Source of the DNA: the human T2T-CHM13v2.0 reference genome, Homo sapiens
Reading direction: 5' to 3' (one strand)
Assembly (NCBI RefSeq): GCF_009914755.1
Contig: NC_060927.1
Length of the DNA: 64,000 bases
The notes under the pieces are model-generated. The model was not told the origin of the DNA. It worked only from the letters and a program-made list of their open reading frames with translations, and made no database searches. Of the stretch, positions 55,231-64,000 are shown in pieces. The stretch's first letter is position 1. The number at the start of each line of letters is the position of its first letter. Made by a program: the position numbers and the translations under genes.

Positions 55231-56260
55231 TTAATGGGTCCTCAGTTACCTTACTGAGTCTGAGAAGTACTCAGGGTTTTTATACTTTTTTTCCTTAATA
55301 GCATAAGTAGAGAAAGGTCACTGCTCACAAGCCCTGTGGGAATGTCATGTGTGCTTCTCCCGCTCTTCCTGCTTTTCCTTCTTCCGTCAAGTATCTGGGT
55401 GTAACAGGTTCCCTTATCAGTGGCTTTCCTGGGCCCCCCGGCACAGTGTTTGCTGAACATACCTGTTTGGATACACTTTTGTGACACAGGTCATAGTTTT
55501 TGTTTATTTCTTTTTCTTTTTTTTTCAGAAGAAACTTTGTGAAACACATCTAATCACATTTCAGGTTTGTATTTTGTTTTATCCAAAGAGTCCTTACCTG
55601 TTGGCTTTGGGACTAGCACCTAAGCCATCATCTTTAACTAAAAGATGGGACAGGCTAATGCTGGGCTGCTAGTGCCCTGAACACTGGAAGAAGTTCCAGC
55701 TTCTGCTGAGGAGGTGGAGGCCATCACTCCTCCAGAGACCCTTCCTTCAGGTGCACCCAGATGTGTCATTCTGAAGCCCAGACCATATTCTGTATGCTTG
55801 CCAGTAAAGTGAATGAAAATGATCAAAATAGCCATGTGGCTGTAGGAGAAGCAAAATGGAGCAAACTGGATGTATTGCATTAATGATATGCAATGGAAGG
55901 AGGAGAAAGTAGTCAGGTTTGAGTTGCCCAGTGAAGGAAAAGCAGCAAGGACAGGGGCTTGGTTTTCACTCCACTATTAGCCAGGCAAGCTGAGTGTTCT
56001 GTTGGTTACTTAATTTACGAGGGCTTTGGATCAGTCATTCTAAAACTTGTTCCTCTTTTCTTTTTCTTAATTAATGAATGTTGATGAATTCTGAAATGGA
56101 AATCTTTTGGTTGGGGTCAGTGGTCACTTGCTTGGAGTGATGTCAGGGCAGTATTGTCTGGTGTTTAGGGACACAACCTAGCTTTATATCTTGGCTCTAC
56201 CACCTGCTGGCCATGGGACATCGGGCAAATAACCTCTTCATGTCTCTGTGTCCTTATCTC

Positions 56261-56599
56261 TTTTTTTTTTTTTTTATGCTTTAGGTTCTGGAATACATGT
56301 GCAGAATGTGCAGGTTTGTTACATAGGTATACACGTGCCATGGTGGTTTGCTGCACCCATCAGCCCCTCATCTTCATTAGGTATTTCTCCTAATGCTATC
56401 CATCCTCTAGCCCCCCAGCCCCCGACAGGCCCTGGTGTGTGATGTTCCCTTCCCTGTGTCCATGTGTTCTCATTGTTCAACTCCCACTTATGAGTGAGAA
56501 CATGCGGTGTTTGGCTTTCTGTTCCTGTGTTAGTTTGCTGAGAATGATGGTTTATGAGTTCATGTCCTTAGCAGGGACATGGTTGAAGCTGGAAACCAT
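56261..56599 (-). mobile_element. L1PA (PA7/8-like) short 3' insertion with 5' inversion, inside a MIR
   Basis: Antisense 3'UTR 56261-56553; sense piece 56554-56599; TSD tcctt(a/g)tctctt. Confidence 0.9.
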
Positions 56600-56668
56600 C
56601 CTTGTCTCTTAAATGGGAAATAATATGAATCCCTGCTTCATTAAGTTGCTGGGCAAATGGAATGAATA

Positions 56669-56815
56669 CAGATGGTTCCTGACTTAGGAGGTTGGACTTG
56701 GAATTTTTTTTATTTTACAGTGTTATCAGGGTCTTAAATGCATTTCAACTTAGAATATTCTCAACTTGCAATGGGCTTATTGAGATGTAGCCCCACCTTC
56801 CATCGTAGGTCAAGG
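56669..56815. mobile_element. MER47-like TcMar-Tigger MITE
   Basis: cagatggttcctgactta...aaatgcatttcaacttagaatattctcaacttgcaatggg...catcgtaggtcaagga. Confidence 0.65.
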
Positions 56816-59339
56816 AAAAAGAAGTGGCTTACAAGAGTTCCAGATACAGAGAAAGCTATTAGCGAAGGTGAGGAGGACATAAAGATGACAACAGTGATAC
56901 CAAGTTTCCCCATCCACTCTCACCTACCCACTATACTAAACAATGTTTTTCCTCTTACCTGCTATTAATATCTCACCATTCAAAACATATTCAGTAGAAC
57001 CCAACTCTTAGAGTTGATAGGGAAACAAAAAAATAACTAAATCTCATTTTAAGAACAAGAGATAAAGCCAAGAGTAGGTTAAGTGACTTTTCTAAAGTCA
57101 CACAGCTAGTTAGAGACAAAGCCAGGCCTAGATACCATAGTCTGCAGAATTCCAGTCTAATGCTAATAATATTTGTCATGCTAAAGACACGACACTGGAA
57201 TAAAGAATATTAAAGTGTGCATGCCTCAGAAGACTTAGCAGGGTCTGTTCCTTGAAGGCTGAAATGGAAGTTAGATTATGCCAATTCATTACAACCTCAT
57301 AAGCTAGCTTACAGTAAAAACCCACCATGGGGGAAAAACGACAAAATGGAATTGAGACACTTGAAGGAGGGTAAAATGTTTTAAATCAAACCATTCGTTA
57401 GAAAGTAGAGTACAAACCTAGATAAGATTTGTGGTTTCAAAAAACAAACAAACAATCAACAATTTTTATCTCTGGGCTCTGGTGGATATGGGGGGATTCG
57501 TTTGTTACAGCTAAAGTTAAACTGCAGGGAAAAATAAAATGCAGATGTGTTGCTGTGTTGAGCAAATGCAGCTGGGCGTTTCTGGAAGAAATGTTCTCTC
57601 AGAAACTTATCACTGGGAGCAGAAATGGTGAAAAGTTTGTGGGGTAAGTGGCAGAGGGTTCTTCATGGGAGTTTTATGAAAGTCACTGTGACATAGGATT
57701 TTTAGAAGCCCTAGGAAAAGAAAGTTGGGGAGTTTTCCAGTGAAATTTGGATTGAGAAAGAAAAGAAACCCACATTGTGCTAAACAAGATGGTGGATCCA
57801 GTTCAGAGAAATTGAGTAACAGACGAAATTCCCAGAATCATGAGAAAAACTAGTCAAAGACTTCCCCTGGGGAGCACCCGGATCAAAAAGCTGACTCCGG
57901 GGCCTCTCTATACAGGTTGCTGAGGAGGGGCCTGCTGCAGTAGGAGGCTGGAAGGGGTGGTTTGGAACTGAGTCAAGAAAAGACCCCAAACCCACAGGGA
58001 CAGAGGAAGTTGAAAGAGGGGTTTGGCTTAGTGGAAGGGAAGGGAGGTTGGTCAAGAGAGGCCTGCTGACAGGAAAGCGGCTGACAACAAGAAGCATCTG
58101 GAAAGGGCCATTTGATGCTTTAAGCTCATGCCAAGCTAATTGAGTAATGTGAGCTTATGTTCTTGTAAATTACTTCAACTGTATATAGTTCTTCCCCTGA
58201 GACTGTCTTACTCTGCTTTTCAAAATTGGTTGTGTGTTTGAATAGGCCCCGAATGTGCTGCACTCTGTTTGCGTGCACACACAAACGTCACTTATTGATA
58301 TAGTCTACATTCGCAATACTATGCACTGACTCATTCAGTTTTCACAAAATTCCCATATTGCAGATGTAGTCACTGAGGCTCTTGTGGGGCTGTTTTACTG
58401 TGGTGCCCTTGATTCCTAACCCCACATTGCCGTATCATGAAAATGCCTGTGGAATGAGGGGACTGTGGGTTTTAGTGTGTATTTCTGCAGCTCCCTTTTA
58501 TAAGGAGGCTCTCTTCTATGGGCCCAACTCTGAATCATGATGCCGTTTGATTTACGACTCTCTTCTTGAATGCCTGGAGCAGAATCCCTCAGTTCATAAA
58601 GCTGAGGACAGAAGTTTTAACTATAATCAAAATGAAGACTCTTGCTCTTCTTTACCCAGGGCCTTCTCCCAACCTGTATCTCCTACCTCTTTTCTCTCCT
58701 CACAGACAGACCCCAAAATCTTAGCCTGCCTATTTTGTTGTTGCATGGAAGTCAGGATATCTAGGTCAGTTTATCCAAGTAGAAAGTGCTACTTTACTGA
58801 GTTAACTCTGTGAAAACTGCTGCCTCTTTACTTTATAGAAACAAAATCCCTTGTGTGCAGGATATTATCTCTGGAAGTTTTCAGGGGCTTCCAAGTAATC
58901 AGTTAGATTTAAAATCAACAATGAAACTTTTTTTTTTAAGCAATGGTGTTTCCCAGTAACAAGTGTCTTTTTCATTGTTTTATCAGACACTAAGTCAATT
59001 CAACCTTTTTAATTGTGAAAGGACTTTAAAATGCCCAATGCTACTACGTCAGTGTCCAGAAAGATTGGAATCCACCTGCCAGGATGGGAGGTTTACACCC
59101 ATTTCATAATTATATAGAACTTTCTTGTTATTCCCATAATTCGACTCAGTTATATCATTAAACCCATCTGGTTATCAAAAGGAAAGGGATTGACTTGGTA
59201 ATGCGGGCTCCTTTTTTTTGCTAAGCATCATTTTGAATTCTATCTTTACATCCGGGTTTTAGATGTCTTATAATTGTGATTTTTAAAATGTATTAAGATA
59301 TAGAATTACGTTCATAATAATATTCTTCAACAGTTTAGA

Positions 59340-59605
59340 GTAGTGCTATTCAAAGTATGGTCCATGGACCAGAGATGTTTGGTGTGCTATTTGTTACTAG
59401 GCCCCACAAGTTAGGGCCTGACGTGGAGAGTAGGCATTTAGAAACTTCAGCAACTTGATACTGCTGCAACATTCAAGCAGCATTTCATTTTTCTAGTAGT
59501 TCATCTTTACTGTATTTTATAAAAGTATTTGTCCATGATAAATTAGAAATGGAGGGAAAACACTAGAATCATGGTCCTTCATCACAATAGTTTGAGGAAA
59601 TCTAT
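59340..59605. mobile_element. hAT-Charlie-like MITE
   Basis: agtgctattcaaagtatggtccatggaccag...agtttgagg ends; subfamily uncertain. Confidence 0.45.
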
Positions 59606-60364
59606 TGTATAATATACATCATTTCATTTGGTGCAACACCGAATGAGATGCTGTACAACAGGTTTTGTGAAGGAGATAGGGATTGCATTTTAAGCCTTAT
59701 TTTTCAGGTAAATATACTTGGGTTCAAAGAGGTAAAAGCAGTTGATGTCACATTTTAGTTCCTCTTACCCACAGCCAGCATTTTCCAAGATACTACTCTG
59801 CTAATCACAGACAAGTTGAAGCAAGCTTAATTACAAATAGTCTTGCCTAAGCTTTTTAAAAGGTTTCTTTGTGTATAATTAACCTTGAATGATCTATGAA
59901 CAGACAACCGTTAATGACATTTGAGTTCTCTCAATTCGTACAACCATTTAGATACCAACAAGCTGGCCAGTTGCCTGTGCTTTCCAAAACAGTTGAAAGA
60001 TGGTAACTGCATAGAACTTTAAGGTTTGAAAGAGACCTAAGGGAAACCGCACAGCTACCTGGCAATGATCCTCTGGCAGACACATCAGTTACCATGGGAA
60101 GAATGTCTCATGGTTGACAGCATTCTATTTGAGCGAAGCAGGGACAATTAGAAAGTCCCCACCTCTACCTATTTAACTCCTACCTGTTGGCCCTATATCT
60201 ACCTTCTCAAGGTACTGAGAATAATTCTCAATATTTGGTCATAGGCATTGTGTCCCTTCTGAAACGTCTTCCTCTACTTCAAACCAAACATCTCTAACTG
60301 TTTCAGTGGTCGCTTTTGTGGTATGCTTCAGGAATGCCCCTCACCCACAGACTCACCACCTGGC

Positions 60365-60470
60365 CACACTCTCTCTCTCTCTTTTTTTTTTTTTTTTCTT
60401 TTTTTTGGCCTATTTTTTCCCCTTTATTTCTTTTTTTTTTTCTCTTGTTTTGTATTTCTTTTTTCCCCCC
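60365..60470. repeat. T/CT-rich low-complexity tract
   Basis: Direct read. Confidence 0.85.
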
Positions 60471-60667
60471 CACACTCTCTACATTCTCTTTAGTCAATGT
60501 CCATCCTAAAATAAGAGAGTCCCATTAATGGATCCTGGTATTCCAGAGGTGGTCTGTCCAGAGTACAGGAAAATGATCATCTTCCTCGATCCATACACTG
60601 GATTTCTTATAGTGCAATCTAAGACTGCATTACTTATTTTGTATCCCCATCACATTGATGTCTTATA

Positions 60668-60935
60668 CAATTGACTCTTAAACAATATTAGTTTGAACTG
60701 TGGGTCCATTTATATATAAATTAGAGTGAACTGTGTGGGTCCCTTTATATATGAATTTTTTTCAACCAAGTGTGGATCAAAAATACGGTATTTATGGGAT
60801 GCAAACCCCACATATACAAAGGGCCAACTTCTCGTACACACAGGTTCTGCAGGGCCGACTGCTGGACTTTAGTATGCCCAGCTTTGGTTCTACACAGGGG
60901 TCCTGAAATCCCCTGCATATACCGAGTGACAACTG
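60668..60935 (-). mobile_element. MER8 TcMar-Tigger MITE with internal tandem duplication
   Basis: TA-flanked, TIRs caattgactc / gagtgacaactg; ggttctgcagggccgactgc core. Confidence 0.85.
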
Positions 60936-61849
60936 TAAAAGGATAATAATGCTAAGTCCTTTTCATATGTATTTCCTTAGTTGATTGGTTATTTTATTTA
61001 TTGACCCAGTGATTTAGTAATTGATCAATTCCTTCCTTCACTCACCATCCAGTGAAGCATCCAGCCAGCGAGACCATGGAATTCTGTAATATCTGCTTCG
61101 TGATTTTAATCCTGTAAGATATTTCGAGAAGAAATCATGCTTAGTGGAAGGAAAGCGGTTTAGGCTTTTTAATCTTCCTAGTTAATTTGATCTGGAGCCT
61201 CAGTGTCTGGGCAGGCCCCAACTCTTTGGTCCACACCTCGGGGTATGGTTACCCAATTAACTAATTCCCAACTAGCTAAACTCTCTAGAATCTGGTTTAT
61301 CAGTGAGCTCCCTGGATAGACACTTTGTTATTTTTAACTTCCGCCCTCATCCTCCTCCCCTTTTAGAATCACTAATTAAGGAGGTCTCTCTACTGTGAGT
61401 TTTGTGACCTCTGTTTCCCTGGTAACCAGATTGCATATCTGATTGTACCCAGCATCCCAGCTTCTGATGACATGGTCACAGCGTCCTATAACCACTAAGG
61501 TGAGACATAGGCACCAAGAAATAGTTACCAGACATTTTATATGGGTTGCCCCAGGGTGCTGTGGATGGAGGAGGAGTGAGAGAGAGATCATAACATTATT
61601 TCACATGTTATAATGAGCATGTATGATTTTTGTAATTAAGAAAAGTAATAATAGAAAAGATTAAAGAGAAGGAAGAAATCACTCCTACTAGCTTGTTGGC
61701 TAGGGCTCATTCAGGTCATGGTGGGGGCTTCCTCCTTAATGGCTGTCATGACCCACTCATTTCTTAACTCCTTGCATTCTGGCTTCTACCCCAACCACTC
61801 TGCAGAGGAAAAAAAAAATGCCTTTTTTAAGTTCTCTAATGACCTAAAT

Positions 61850-62043
61850 CAGGGGTCAGTAAACTGTGGCCTGTGGGCCAAATCTAGCTGGTCACCTGCT
61901 TTTGTAAATAAAGTTTTTTTGGAACACAACCATGCCTATTCATTTATACTCATTGTCTAAAGCTGCTTTCCCAGGACAACCACAAAATTGAGTAGTTGTG
62001 ACAGAGATGGTATGACCCGCAGAGATCATTTTGCTGACCCTTG
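61850..62043 (+). mobile_element. MER58A (internally deleted)
   Basis: caggggtcagtaaactgtggcctgtgggccaaatc...tttgctgacccttg. Confidence 0.85.
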
Positions 62044-62907
62044 CTCTCTATTGATAAATCCATTGATTTAGCCACTCTAGTGGCCCTGAATCCCTCCTCA
62101 TCCTCTTCAGCCTCTCAGCTGCCTTTGGCTCTCTCCACCAATTCTTGAAAATACTTTCCCTCACCCACTGTGACTGAATTTTATTTTTCTCTCCTTCTCT
62201 CTCTCAGTCTTTTTTCTGTCTTTCGTTCTGACCTTTACTCTCCTGTAATCATGCATGAGGACACAGATTTTTGTCTTTTGTGTTCCTATCTACCTCTCCA
62301 GTGCTTGCAACAGTCCCTGGCATGTACGTTTGTTGAATGGATGAATGAGTCTAGCTCTGTATGGAGGAGAGTTGAATCAGGATTCTTTTGCATCATCTTG
62401 CAGAAAAGACCAGTTCAAACTTTACAAGTGAAAAAGTGGATGCCCCTGACAGTCAAAAAGGGAGAGTTTAGCTTAGAATCATGAACATTTCCCCTTACAC
62501 AGCCGAAAGCCTGGATATTTTAGGGAACTTCTTTCTAGTCCATTGGCCCCAACACCTCACTCCTTATTGTGACATACTGTGAATATGTGCATGATGTAAG
62601 CAGACAGTGTAAATATCCTCCTCTTTACCTTCGAATTTGGTCTAGTCTCCAACTGCTTTACAGAACAACCCTCCGGCCCCTTCCTCCACAGACTCCTGAG
62701 CCCCTCTGTGGTCACCACCATGGTACTAGCTGAGAACTCTGCTATTCGTTTCGTGGGAGGTAGCTGTATTTCCACCATCTTTGCATAGCTGACCTCAATC
62801 ATGTTTGTTAAATAAATTGTCAACTGAAGAAGGAAGAAAGGATGTAAGAGAGAAAAGGAAAGAAGAAGAAAGGAAAGCTAGGCATAGCTTAAGCCTTTTA
62901 TTAAGAT

Positions 62908-63208
62908 TAGGGCTGGCAAAGAAGAGGTTTCACTTTGTGTGCTAATGCTGACCAATTAGTAGTGATCAGCTAATGCTATCAGCTAATGCTGATCAATTGT
63001 ATCATCGGATTCTGAGGCTATATTTGTGACAAGAGCTATGATCAATTAGTATGTCTGCTATGGGTGTTGAAAGAAGGAGAGCTGTGGCTTACAGGCCATG
63101 TTTTTCCATTCTACTTGCAGGCCAATAAAGTATACAAAAAATCTTTTAAAAAATGATTATGTGAGTAGAATACTAGGTGCCTGCCTTTGGGGACCTCCTC
63201 ATCCCCTG
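62908..63208 (-). mobile_element. MER102-like hAT-Charlie MITE
   Basis: agggctggcaaa...aggtttca...ggattctgaggc...tgatcaattagtatgtctgctatggg...catcccctg. Confidence 0.7.
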
Positions 63209-63619
63209 TAATAAGTGACTGGATTTTTCATCCTATCACAATTAAACCCAATGGGGTAGAGGTAATTTTTCCAAAGGAAATTAGGGTGGTGGTAAGGTAG
63301 AGAAATAGATGCTAAGTACTGCTCCTCCCAATCAACCAAACTGTCTAGGGTCCACCACAGGGAGCAATCAAGAGTCTAGGATTCCTACTGTAGTATTAAT
63401 AAAAGCTGTTCATTTGTCTTAACTCATCTAAGAATGGACTAAGACAGCTGGAATTTAGCCAAAATACAAAATTTTATGTAACGAAGCTTTGCAGCTGTGT
63501 GTGCAGATATTTCTGAAAAAGTCATCATCCCTTTGCCCTCCTCTGTTCCCTTGTGCAATAAGCATTTCCATGTGGCTGTGAACTTGCCTAACAGCATTAG
63601 TAACTGCCATGGAGCAGGT

Positions 63620-63820
63620 AATTAGTAAATTTATGGAGCACTTACTAAGGGCCCTCCCAAGTCCTTACATCCATTTTCTTACATAATCCTTACAATAACT
63701 CTGTGAAGTGTTTAGTATTGTTTCTGTTTGCAGATAGGGAATCAGAATCAAGTGGTGTGTTCACATAGTTAGTGGTGGTGGTGGTAATCTGATTCCCAAG
63801 CCTGTGCTCTTAAGCACTCA
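63620..63820 (-). mobile_element. MIR SINE
   Basis: atttatggagcacttacta...taatccttacaataactctgtgaag. Confidence 0.65.
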
Positions 63821-63864
63821 CAAATTCAAGATTATAACATTTGTGTATACCCATGGACACAACT

Positions 63865-64000
63865 GCAGGTGATTTTGCCACTTAGGAAACACTGGTAATG
63901 TCTGTTGACATTTATAACACCTGGAAGAGATACTAGTAGAGCCAGGAATGCCACTAAACCTCCTGCCAAGGGCCTTGTGACAAAGAATATTTGGCCGAAA
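63865..64000. mobile_element. MER20-like MITE (cut by window end)
   Basis: ggtgattttgcc...ggtaatgtctg...gtagagccaggaatgccactaaacc...acaaagaata. Confidence 0.6.

Noticed and set aside
61704-61718. DR3-like GGCTCA-ttc-AGGTCA
   Set aside because: Mismatch in the half-site core; expected by chance at this window size.

Overview
Primate (very likely human) genomic DNA lying entirely inside the RARB (retinoic acid receptor beta) gene on the + strand. The only supported coding sequence is one 142-nt exon (22032-22173) encoding the rest of the recognition helix and the second zinc finger of the DNA-binding domain; everything else is intron. The introns hold 12 Alus, L1, L2, MIR, MaLR/ERVL LTRs and hAT/Tigger MITEs, several of them nested. 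The other ORFs in the track are repeat-derived or random. I found no clearly new biological system. Best leads: two perfect DR2 retinoic-acid-response-type elements in non-repeat sequence; a candidate 42-nt poison exon; a candidate 102-nt in-frame cassette exon; a ~140-bp direct duplication bracketing a TEAD/AP-1 cluster next to an extended CTCF site; a cryptic 20-bp-period array; and a twin-primed L1PA insertion. Repeat family names come from recalled consensus sequences and boundaries of old repeats are approximate. All regulatory and splicing calls are motif-level inferences that need data.
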